The notes under the pieces were generated by a model. It was given only the letters and a program-made list of their open reading frames with translations. It ran no database searches and was not told the origin of the DNA. From Antedon mediterranea (Eukaryota > Animalia > Echinodermata), in NCBI RefSeq assembly GCF_964355755.1, contig NC_092675.1, positions 13,139,812-13,203,811 on the forward strand: 64,000 bases of DNA. The letters are read 5' to 3'. Positions 24,701 through 37,400 of this stretch are shown here, in pieces (within the stretch, counting starts at the first letter, position 1; every line of letters starts with the position of its first letter). Both the position numbers and the translations under genes were made by a program.

Positions 24701-27700
24701 TTGAGATTTTCGAAAAAACTTGGTTACACAAAAACATCAAAGTGCTTAAAATCACATTATAAACCGTTTTAGACCAGTTTGAGAATTTCGATAACACTTT
24801 TCACACAAAAACATCAAAGAGCACAAAATAGCTTAATATCGTATTTAAAAACGTTTTAGACCATTTTGAGCATTTCGACAAAACTTTTTCACACAAAACA
24901 CCAAAGTGCTTAGAATAGCTTCAAATCGCATTTGGAGACGTTTTAGACCAATTTGTGCATTTCGATGAAACTTGATTACACAAAAACATCAAAGTTCTTA
25001 AAATCACATTATAAACCGTTTTAGACCATTTTGAGCATTTCGATAACACTTTTCACACAAAAACATCAAAGAGCACAAAATAGCTTAATATCGTATTTAA
25101 AAACATTTTAGACCATTTTGAGCATTTAGACAAAACTTTTTCACACAAAACACCAAAGTGCTTAGAATAGCTTCAAATCGCATTTGGAGACGTTTTAGAC
25201 CATTTTGTGCATTTCGATGAAACTTGGTTACACAAAAACATCAAAGTGCTTAAAATCACATTATAAATCGTTTTAGACCATTTTGAGCATTTCGACAAAA
25301 CTTTTTCACACAAAATACCAAAGTGCTTAGAATAGCTTCAAATCGCATTTGGAGACGTTTTAGACCATTTTGTGATTTTCGAAAAAACTTTTTAACATAA
25401 AAACACCAAAGTGCTTAGAATAGCTTCAAATCACATTTGGAGACATTTTAGACCATAAGTGCTTAGAATCACAATATAAACCGTTTTAGACCATTTTGAG
25501 CATTTCGATAACAATTTTCACACAAAAACATCAAAGAGCACAAAATAGCTTAATATCGTATTTAAAAATGTTTTAGACCATTTTGAGCATTTAGATAAAA
25601 CTTTTTCACACAAAACACCAAAGTGCTTAGAATAGCTTCAAATCGCATTTGGAGACGGTTTAGACCATTTTGTGATTTTGAAAAAACTTGTTAACATAAA
25701 AACACCAAAGTGCTTAGAATAGCTTCAAATCGCATTTGGAGACGTTTTAGACCATTTTGTGATTTTCGAAAAAACTTGTTAACATAAAAACACCAAAGTG
25801 CTTAGAATAGCTTCAAATCGTATTTGGAGACGTTTTAGACCATTTTGAGATTTTCGAAAAAACTTGGTTACACAAAAACATCAAAGTGCTTAAAATCACA
25901 TTATAAACCGTTTTAGACCATTTTGAACATTTCGATAACACTTTTCACACAAAAACATCAAAGAGCACAAAATAGCTTAATATCGTATTTAAAAACGTTT
26001 TAGACCATTTTGAGCATTTCGACAAAACTTTTTCACACAAAACACCAAAGTGCTTAGAATAGCTTCAAATCGCATTTGGAGACGTTTTAGACCAATTTGT
26101 GCATTTCGATGAAACTTGATTACACAAAAACATCAACGTGCTTAAAATCACATTATAAACCGTTTTAGACCATTTTGAGCATTTCGATAACACTTTTCAC
26201 ACAAAAACATCAAAGAGCACAAAATAGCTTAATATCGTATTTAAAAACGTTTTAGACCATTTTGAGCATTTAGACAAAACTTTTTCACACAAAACACCAA
26301 AGTGCTTAGAATAGCTTCAAATCGCATTTGGAGACGTTTTAGACCATTTTGTGCATTTCGATGAAGCTTGGTTACACAAAAACATCAAAGTGCTTAAAAT
26401 CACATTATAAATCGTTTTAGACCATTTTGAGCATTTCGACAAAACTTTTTCACACAAAATACCAAAGGGCTTAGAATAGCTTCAAATCGCATTTGGAGAC
26501 GTTTTAGACCATTTTGTGATTTTCGAAAAAACTTTTTAACATAAAAACACCAAAGTGCTTAGAATAGCTTCAAATCACATTTGGAGACGTTTTAGACCAT
26601 TTTGTGATTTTCGAAAAAACTTGTTAACATAAAAACACGAAAGTGCTTAGAATAGCTTCAAATCGCATTTGGAAACGTTTTAGACCATTTTGTGATTTTC
26701 GAAAAAAATTGTTAACATAAAAACACCAAAGTGCTTAGAATCACATTATAAACCGTTTTAGACCATTTTGAGCATTTCGATAACAATTTTCACACAAAAA
26801 CATCAAAGAGCACAAAATAGCTTAATATCGTATTTAAAAATGTTTTAGACCATTTTGAGCATTTAGATAAAACTTTTTCACACAAAACACCAAAGTGCTT
26901 AGAATAGCTTCAAATCGCATTTGAAGACGTTTTAGACCATTTTGTGATTTTTGAAAAAACTTGTTAACATAAAAACACCAAAGGGTTAGAATAGCTTCAA
27001 ATCACATTTGGAGACGTTTCAGACCATTTTGTGATTTTCGAAAAAACTTGTTAACATAAAAACACGAAAGTGCTTAGAATAGCTTCAAATCGAATTTGGA
27101 AACGTTTTAGACCATTTTGTGATTTTCGAAAAAACTTGTTAACATAAAAACACGAAAGTGCTTAGAATAGCTTCAAATCGCATTTGGAAACGTTTTAGAC
27201 CATTTTGTGATTTTTGAAAAAAATTGTTAACATAAAAACACCAAAGTGTTTAGAATAGCTTCAAATCGCATTTGGAGACGTTTTAGACCAATTTGTGATT
27301 TTCGAAAAAACTTATCAACATAAAAACACCAAATCGCATTTGGAGACGTTTTAGACCATTTTGTGATTTTGAAAAAACTTGTTAACATAAAAACACCAAA
27401 GTGCTTAAAATCACATTATAAATCGTTTTAGACCATTTTGAGCATTTCGACAAAACTTTTTCACACAAAATACCAAAGGGCTTCAAATCGCATTTGGAGA
27501 CGTTTTAGACCATTTTGTGATTTTCGAAAAAACTTTTTAACATAAAAACACCAAAGTGCTTAGAATAGCTTCAAATCACATTTGGAGACGTTTTAGACCA
27601 TTTTGTGATTTTCGAAAAAACTTGTTAACATAAAAACACGAAAGTGCTTAGAATAGCTTCAAATCGCATTTAGAAACGTTTTAGACCATTTTGTGATTTT

Positions 27701-27930
27701 CGAAAAAAAATTGTTAACATAAAAACACCAAAGTGCTTAGAATCACATTATAAACCGTTTTAGACCATTTTGAGCATTTCGATAACAATTTTCACACAAA
27801 AACATCAAAGAGCACAAAATAGCTTAATATCGTATTTAAAAATGTTTTAGACCATTTTGAGCAATTAGATAAAACTTTTTCACACAAAACACCAAAGTGC
27901 TTAGAATAGCTTCAAATCGCATTTGGAGAC

Positions 27931-29159
27931 GTTTTAGACCATTTTGTGATTTTTGAAAAAACTTGTTAACATAAAAACGCCAAAGTGCTTAGAATAGCTT
28001 CAAATCACATTTGGAGACGTTTTAGACCATTTTGTGATTTTCGAAAAAACTTGTTAACATAAAAACACGAAAGTGCTTAGAATAGCTTCAAATCGCATTT
28101 GGAAACGTTTTAGACCATTTTGTGATTTTCGAAAAAACTTGTTAACATAAAAACACGAAAGTGCTTAGAATAGCTTCAAATCGCATTTGGAAACGTTTTA
28201 GACCATTTTGTGATTTTCGAAAAAACTTGTTAACATAAAAACACGAAAGTGCTTAGAATAGCTTCAAATCGCATTTGGAAACGTTTTAGACCATTTTGTG
28301 ATTTTCGAAAAAACTTGTTAACATAAAAACACGAAAGTGCTTAGAATAGCTTCAAATCGCATTTGGAAACGTTTTAGACCATTTTGTGATTTTCGAAAAA
28401 AATTGTTAACATAAAAACACCAAAGTGTTTAGAATAGCTTCAAATCGCATTTGGAGACGTTTTAGACAAATTTGTGATTTTCGAAAAAACTTATCAACAT
28501 AAAAACACCAAAGGGTTTAGAATAGCTTCAAATCGCATTTGGAGACGTTTTAGACCATTTTGTGATTTTGAAAAAACTTGTTAACATAAAAACACCAAAG
28601 TGCTTAGAATAGCTTCAAATCGCATTTGGAGACGTTTTAGACCATTTTGTGATTTTCGAAAAAACTTGTTAACATAAAAACACGAAAGTGCTTAGAATAG
28701 CTTCAAATCGCATTTGGAAACGTTTTAGACCATTTTGTGATTTTCGAAAAAACTTGTTAACATAAAAACACGAAAGTGCTTAGAATAGCTTCAAATCGCA
28801 TTTGGAAACGTTTTAGACCATTTTGTGATTTTCGAAAAAACTTGTTAACATAAAAACACGAAAGTGCTTAGAATAGCTTCAAATCGCATTTGGAGACGTT
28901 TTAGACCAATTTGTGATTTTCGAAAAAACTTATCAACATAAAAACACCAAAGGGTTTAGAATAGCTTCAAATCGCATTTGGAGACGTTTTAGACCATTTT
29001 GTGATTTTGAAAAAACTTGTTAACATAAAAACACCAAAGGGTTTAGAATAGCTTCAAATCGCATTTGGAGACGTTTTAGACCATTTTGTGATTTTGAAAA
29101 AACTTGTTAACATAAAAACACGAAAGTGCTTAGAATAGCTTCAAATCGCATTTTGAGAC
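27931..29159. repeat. Run of 14 consecutive A-type monomers
   Basis: 1229 bp with no B/C/D/E unit; many copies are the acg/ggaaac variant. Confidence 0.85.
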
Positions 29160-29925
29160 GTTTTAGACCATTTTGTGCATTTCGATGAAACTTGGTTACA
29201 CAAAAACATCAAAGTGCTTAAAATCACATTATAAACCATTTTAGACCATTTTGAGCATTTCGATAACACTTTTCACACAAAAACATCAAAGAGCACAAAA
29301 TAGCTTAATATCGTATTTAAAAACGTTTTAGACCATTTTGAGCATTTCGACAAAACTTTTTCACACAAAACACCAAAGTGCTTAGAATAGCTTCAAATCG
29401 CATTTGGAGACGTTTTAGACCAATTTGTGATTTTCGAAAAAACTTATCAACATAAAAACACCAAAGGGTTTAGAATAGCTTCAAATCGCATTTGGAGACG
29501 TTTTAGACCATTTTGTGATTTTGAAAAAACTTGTTAACATAAAAACACCAAAGGGTTTAGAATAGCTTCAAATCGCATTTGGAGACGTTTTAGACCATTT
29601 TGTGATTTTGAAAAAACTTGTTAACATAAAAACACGAAAGTGCTTAGAATAGCTTCAAATCGCATTTTGAGACGTTTTAGACCATTTTGTGCATTTCGAT
29701 GAAACTTGGTTACACAAAAACATCAAAGTGCTTAAAATCACATTATAAACCATTTTAGACCATTTTGAGCATTTCGATAACACTTTTCACACAAAAACAT
29801 CAAAGAGCACAAAATAGCTTAATATCGTATTTAAAAACGTTTTAGACCATTTTGAGCATTTCGACAAAACTTTTTCACACAAAACACCAAAGTGCTTAGA
29901 ATAGCTTCAAATCGCATTTGGAGAC
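28898..29925. repeat. Tandem duplication of a 514-bp 6-mer
   Basis: Unit starts at 28898 and 29412; shared rare markers ttttgagacg (29151, 29665) and taaaccatttt. Confidence 0.9.
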
Positions 29926-31467
29926 GTTTTAGACCATTTTGTGATTTTCGAAAAAACTTGTTAACATAAAAACATCAAAGTGTACAGAATAACTTCAAAT
30001 CGCATTTGGAGACCGTTTTAGGCCAATTTGTGATTTTCGAAAAAACTTGTTAACCTAAAAATACCAAAGTGTTTAGAATAGCTTCAAATCGCATTTGGAG
30101 ACGTTTTAGAACATTTTGTGATTTTCGAAAAAACTTGTTAACATAAAAACACCAAAGTGCTTCAAATCGCATTTGGAGACATTTTAGACCAATTTGTGAT
30201 TTTTGAAAAAACTTGTTAACATAAAAACACCAAAGTGCTTACAATAGCTTCAAATCGTATTTGGAGACGTTTTAGACCATTTTGTGATTTTCGAAAAAAC
30301 TTGTTAACATAAAAACACCAAAGTACTTAGAATAGCTTCAAATCGCATTTGGAGACGTTTTAGACCATTTTATGCATTTCGATGAAACTTGGTTACACAA
30401 AAACATCAAAGTGCTTAAAATCACATTATAATCCGTTTTAGACCATTTTGAGCATTTCGATAACACTTTTCACACAAAAACATCAAAGAGCACAAAATAG
30501 CTTAATATCGTATTTAAAAACTTTTTAGACCATTTTGAGCATTTCGACAAAACTTTTTCACACAAAACACCAAAGTGCTTAGAATAGCTTCAATTCGCAT
30601 TTGCAGACGTTTTAGACCATTTTGTGATTTTCGAAAAAAATTGTTAACATAAAAACATCAAAGTGTACAGAATAGCTTCAAATCGCATTTGGAGACCGTT
30701 TTAGGCCAATTTGTGATTTTCGAAAAAACTTGTTAACCTAAAAATACCAAAGTGTTTAGAATAGCTTCAAATCGCATTTGGAGACGTTTTAGACCATTTT
30801 GTGATTTTCGAAAAAACTTGTTAACATAAAAACACCAAAGTGCTTCAAATCGCATTTGAGACATTTTAGACCAATTTGTGATTTTTGAAAAAACTTGTTA
30901 ACATAAAAACACCAAAGTGCTTACAATAGCTTCAAATCGTATTTGGAGACGTTTTAGACCATTTTGTGATTTTCGAAAAAACTTGTTAACATAAAAACAC
31001 CAAAGTACTTAGAATAGCTTCAAATCGCATTTGGAGACGTTTTAGACCATTTTATGCATTTCGATGAAACTTGGTTACACAAAAACATCAAAGTGCTTAA
31101 AATCACATTATAATCCGTTTTAGACCATTTTGAGCATTTCGATAACACTTTTCACACAAAAACATCAAAGAGCACAAAATAGCTTAATATCGTATTTAAA
31201 AACTTTTTAGACCATTTTGAGCATTTCGACAAAACTTTTTCACACAAAACACCAAAGTGCTTAGAATAGCTTCAAATCGCATTTGGAGACGTTTTAGACC
31301 ATTTTGTGATTTTCGAAAAAAATTGTTAACATAAAAACATCAAAGTGTACAGAATAGCTTCAAATCGCATTTGGAGACCGTTTTAGGCCAATTTGTGATT
31401 TTCGAAAAAACTTGTTAACCTAAAAATACCAAAGTGTTTAGAATAGCTTCAAATCGCATTTGGAGAC
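29926..31467. repeat. Diverged 8-mer sub-family HOR (682-683 bp), about 2.3 tandem copies
   Basis: gttttaggcc at 30015, 30698 and 31380; private markers gtgtacag, aacctaaaaatacc, gtgcttcaaatc, gcttacaat, aagtactt, ttttatgc, tataatcc. Confidence 0.9.
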
Positions 31468-34400
31468 GTTTTAGACCAATTTGTGCATTTCGATGACACT
31501 TGATTACACAAAAACATCAAAGTGCTTAAAATCACATTATAAACCGTTTTAGACCATTTTGAGCATTTCGATAACACTTTTCACACAAAAACATCAAAGA
31601 GCACAAAATAGCTTAATATCGTATTTAAAAACGTTTTAGACCATTTTGAGCATTTAGACAAAACTTTTTCACACAAAATACAAAAGTGCTTAGAATAGCT
31701 TCAAATCGCATTTGGAGACGTTTTAGACCATTTTTGTGATTTTCGAAAAAACTTTTTAACATAAAAACACCAAAGTGCTTAGAATAGCTTCAAATCACAT
31801 TTGGAGACGTTTTAGACCATTTTGTGATTTTCGAAAAAACTTGTTAACATAAAAACACGAAAGTGCTTAGAATAGCTTCAAATCGCATTTAGAAACGTTT
31901 TAGACCATTTTGTGATTTTCGAAAAAAATTGTTAACATAAAAACACCAAAGTGCTTAGAATCACATTATAAACCGTTTTAGACCATTTTGAGCATTTCGA
32001 TAACAATTTTCACACAAAAACATCAAAGAGCACAAAATAGCTTAATATCGTATTTAAAAATGTTTTAGACCATTTTGAGCAATTAGATAAAACTTTTTCA
32101 CACAAAACACCAAAGTGCTTAGAATAGCTTCAAATCGCATTTGGAGACGTTTTAGACCATTTTGTGATTTTTGAAAAAACTTGTTAACATAAAAACACCA
32201 AAGTGCTTAGAATAGCTTCAAATCACATTTGGAGACGTTTTAGACCATTTTGTGATTTTCGAAAAAACTTGTTAACATAAAAACACGAAAGTGCTTAGAA
32301 TAGCTTCAAATCGCATTTGGAAACGTTTTAGACCATTTTGTGATTTTCGAAAAAACTTGTTAACATAAAAACACGAAAGTGCTTAGAATAGCTTCAAATC
32401 GCATTTGGAAACGTTTTAGACCATTTTGTGATTTTCGAAAAAACTTGTTAACATAAAAACACGAAAGTGCTTAGAATAGCTTCAAATCGCATTTGGAAAC
32501 GTTTTAGACCATTTTGTGATTTTCGAAAAAAATTGTTAACATAAAAACACCAAAGTGTTTAGAATAGCTTCAAATCGCATTTGGAGACGTTTTAGACCAA
32601 TTTGTGATTTTCGAAAAAACTTATCAACATAAAAACACCAAAGGGTTTAGAATAGCTTCAAATCGCATTTGGAGACGTTTTAGACCATTTTGTGATTTTG
32701 AAAAAACTTGTTAACATAAAAACACCAAAGTGCTTAGAATAGCTTCAAATCGTATTTGGAGACGTTTTAGACCATTTTGAGATTTTCGAAAAAACTTGGT
32801 TACACAAAAACATCAAAGTGCTTAAAATCACATTATAAACCGTTTTAGACCATTTTTAGCATTTCGGTAACACTTTTCACACAAAAACATCAAAGAGCAC
32901 AAAATAGCTTAATATCGTATTTAAAAACGTTTTAGACCATTTTGAGCATTTAGACAAAACTTTTTCACACAAAACACCAAAGTGCTTAGAATAGCTTCAA
33001 ATCGCATTTGGAGACGTTTTAGACCATTTTGTGCATTTCGATGAAACTTGGTTACACAAAAACATTAAAGTGCTTAAAATCACATTATAAATCGTTTTAG
33101 ACCATTTTGAGCATTTCGACAAAACTTTTTCACACAAAATACCAAAGTGCTTAGAATAGCTTCAAATCGCATTTGGAGACGTTTTAGACCATTTTGTGAT
33201 TTTCGAAAAAACTTTTTAACATAAAAACACCAAAGTGCTTAGAATAGCTTCAAATCACATTTGGAGACGTTTTAGACCATAAGTGCTTAGAATCACATTA
33301 TAAACCGTTTTAGACCATTTTGAGCATTTCGATAACAATTTTCACACAAAACATCAAAGAGCACAAAATAGCTTAATATCGTATTTAAAAATGTTTTAGA
33401 CCATTTTGAGCATTTAGATAAAACTTTTTCACACAAAACACCAAAGTGCTTAGAATAGCTTCAAATCGCATTTGGAGACGTTTTAGACCATTTTGTGATT
33501 TTTGAAAAAACTTGTTAACATAAAAACACCAAAGTGCTTAGAATAGCTTCAAATCACATTTGGAGATGTTTTAGAACATTTTGTGATTTTTGAAAAAACT
33601 TGTTAACATAAAAACACGAAAGTGCTTAGAATAGCTTCAAATCACATTTGGAGACGTTTTAGACCATTTTGTGATTTTTGAAAAAAACTTGTTAACATAA
33701 AAACACGAAAGTGCTTAGAATAGCTTCAAATCGCATTTGGAAACGTTTTAGACCATTTTGTGATTTTCGAAAAAGATTGTTAACATAAAAACACCAATGT
33801 GCTTAGAATCACATTATAAACCGTTTTAGACCATTTTGAGCATTTCGATAACAATTTTCACACAAAAACATCAAAGAGAACAAAATAGCTTAATATCGTA
33901 TTTATAAATGTTTTAGACCATTTTGAGCATTTCGACAAAACTTTTTCACACAAAACACCAAAGTGCTTAGAATAGCTTCAAATCGCATTTGGAGACGTTT
34001 TTTTATACCATTTTGTGATTTCGATGAAACTTGATTACACAAAAACATCAAAGTGCTTAAAATCACATTATAAACCGTTTTAGACCATTTTGAGCATTTC
34101 GATAACACTTTTCACACAAAAACATCAAAGAGCACAAAATAGCTTAATATCGTATTTAAAAACGTTTTAGACCATTTTGAGCATTTAGACAAAACTTTTT
34201 CACACAAAACACCAAAGTGCTTAGAATAGCTTCAAATCGCATTTGGAGACGTTTTAGAACATTTTGTGTTTTTCGAAAAAAACTGTTAACATAAAAACAC
34301 CAAAGTGCTTAGAATAGCTTCAAATCGCATTTGGAGACGTTTTAGAACATTTTGTGTTCTTCGAAAAAACCTGTTAACATAAAAACACCAAAGTGCTTAG

Positions 34401-37400
34401 AATAGCTTCAAATCGCATTTGGAGACGTTTTAGACCATTTTGTGATTTTTGAAAAAACTTGTTAACATAAAAACACCAAAGTGCTTAGAATAGCTTCAAA
34501 TCACATTTGGAGACGTTTTAGACCATTTTGTGATTTTCGAAAAAACTTGTTAACATAAAAACACGAAAGTGCTTAGAATAGCTTCAAATCGCATTTGGAA
34601 ACGTTTTAGACCATTTTGTGATTTTCGAAAAAGATTGTTAACATAAAAACACCAAAGTGCTTAGAATCACAATATAAACCGTTTTAGACCATTTTGAGCA
34701 TTTCGATAACAATTTTCACACAAAAACATCAAAGAGCACAAAATAGCTTAATATCGTATTTAAAAATGTTTTAGACCATTTTGAGCATTTAGATAAAACT
34801 TTTTCACACAAAACACCAAAGTGCTTAGAATAGCTTCAAATCGCATTTGGAGACGGTTTAGACCATTTTGTGATTTTGAAAAAACTTGTTAACATAAAAA
34901 CACCAAAGTGCTTAGAATAGCTTCAAATCGCATTTGGAGACGTTTTAGACCATTTTGTGATTTTCGAAAAAACTTGTTAACATAAAAACACCAAAGTGCT
35001 TAGAATAGCTTCAAATCGTATTTGGAGACGTTTTAGACCATTTTGAGATTTTCGAAAAAACTTGGTTACACAAAAACATCAAAGTGCTTAAAATCACATT
35101 ATAAACCGTTTTAGACCATTTTGAACATTTCGATAACACTTTTCACACAAAAACATCAAAGAGCACAAAATAGCTTAATATCGTATTTAAAAACGTTTTA
35201 GACCATTTTGAGCATTTCGACAAAACTTTTTCACACAAAACACCAAAGTGCTTAGAATAGCTTCAAATCGCATTTGGAGACGTTTTAGACCAATTTGTGC
35301 ATTTCGATGAAACTTGATTACACAAAAACATCAACGTGCTTAAAATCACATTATAAACCGTTTTAGACCATTTTGAGCATTTCGATAACACTTTTCACAC
35401 AAAAACATCAAAGAGCACAAAATAGCTTAATATCGTATTTAAAAACGTTTTAGACCATTTTGAGCATTTAGACAAAACTTTTTCACACAAAACACCAAAG
35501 TGCTTAGAATAGCTTCAAATCGCATTTGGAGACGTTTTAGACCATTTTGTGCATTTCGATGAAGCTTGGTTACACAAAAACATCAAAGTGCTTAAAATCA
35601 CATTATAAATCGTTTTAGACCATTTTGAGCATTTCGACAAAACTTTTTCACACAAAATACCAAAGGGCTTAGAATAGCTTCAAATCGCATTTGGAGACGT
35701 TTTAGACCATTTTGTGATTTTCGAAAAAACTTTTTAACATAAAAACACCAAAGTGCTTAGAATAGCTTCAAATCACATTTGGAGACGTTTTAGACCATTT
35801 TGTGATTTTCGAAAAAACTTGTTAACATAAAAACACGAAAGTGCTTAGAATAGCTTCAAATCGCATTTGGAAACGTTTTAGACCATTTTGTGATTTTCGA
35901 AAAAAATTGTTAACATAAAAACACCAAAGTGCTTAGAATCACATTATAAACCGTTTTAGACCATTTTGAGCATTTCGATAACAATTTTCACACAAAAACA
36001 TCAAAGAGCACAAAATAGCTTAATATCGTATTTAAAAATGTTTTAGACCATTTTGAGCATTTAGATAAAACTTTTTCACACAAAACACCAAAGTGCTTAG
36101 AATAGCTTCAAATCGCATTTGGAGACGTTTTAGACCATTTTGTGATTTTTGAAAAAACTTGTTAACATAAAAACACCAAAGTGTTAGAATAGCTTCAAAT
36201 CACATTTGGAGACGTTTCAGACCATTTTGTGATTTTCGAAAAAACTTGTTAACATAAAAACACGAAAGTGCTTAGAATAGCTTCAAATCGAATTTGGAAA
36301 CGTTTTAGACCATTTTGTGATTTTCGAAAAAACTTGTTAACATAAAAACACGAAAGTGCTTAGAATAGCTTCAAATCGCATTTGGAAACGTTTTAGACCA
36401 TTTTGTGATTTTCAAAAAAAATTGTTAACATAAAAACACCAAAGTGTTTAGAATAGCTTCAAATCGCATTTGGAGACGTTTTAGACCAATTTGTGATTTT
36501 CGAAAAAACTTATCAACATAAAAACACCAAATCGCATTTGGAGACGTTTTAGACCATTTTGTGATTTTGAAAAAACTTGTTAACATAAAAACACCAAAGT
36601 GCTTAAAATCACATTATAAATCGTTTTAGACCATTTTGAGCATTTCGACAAAACTTTTTCACACAAAATACCAAAGGGCTTCAAATCGCATTTGGAGACG
36701 TTTTAGACCATTTTGTGATTTTCGAAAAAACTTTTTAACATAAAAACACCAAAGTGCTTAGAATAGCTTCAAATCACATTTGGAGACGTTTTAGACCATT
36801 TTGTGATTTTCGAAAAAACTTGTTAACATAAAAACACGAAAGTGCTTAGAATAGCTTCAAATCGCATTTAGAAACGTTTTAGACCATTTTGTGTTTTTCG
36901 AAAAAAATTGTTAACATAAAAACACCAAAGTGCTTAGAATCACATTATAAACCGTTTTAGACCATTTTGAGCATTTCGATAACAATTTTCACACAAAAAC
37001 ATCAAAGAGCACAAAATAGCTTAATATCGTATTTAAAAATGTTTTAGACCATTTTGAGCAATTAGATAAAACTTTTTCACACAAAACACCAAAGTGCTTA
37101 GAATAGCTTCAAATCGCATTTGGAGACGTTTTAGACCATTTTGTGATTTTTGAAAAAACTTGTTAACATAAAAACACCAAAGTGCTTAGAATAGCTTCAA
37201 ATCACATTTGGAGACGTTTTAGACCATTTTGTGATTTTCGAAAAAACTTGTTAACATAAAAACACGAAAGTGCTTAGAATAGCTTCAAATCGCATTTGGA
37301 AACGTTTTAGACCATTTTGTGATTTTCGAAAAAACTTGTTAACATAAAAACACGAAAGTGCTTAGAATAGCTTCAAATCGCATTTGGAAACGTTTTAGAC

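Noticed and set aside
24603-24797. 64-aa minus-strand ORF
   Set aside because: It is translated satellite. It is open only because a single cttcaaa>cttaaaa change (~24670) removes the usual TGA, and it has no recognisable protein features.
33902-34108. 68-aa minus-strand ORF
   Set aside because: It results from a T-run expansion (T7 at 33998-34004) that shifts frame past stops. The sister copies at 38975 and 57120 have T6 and no listed ORF.
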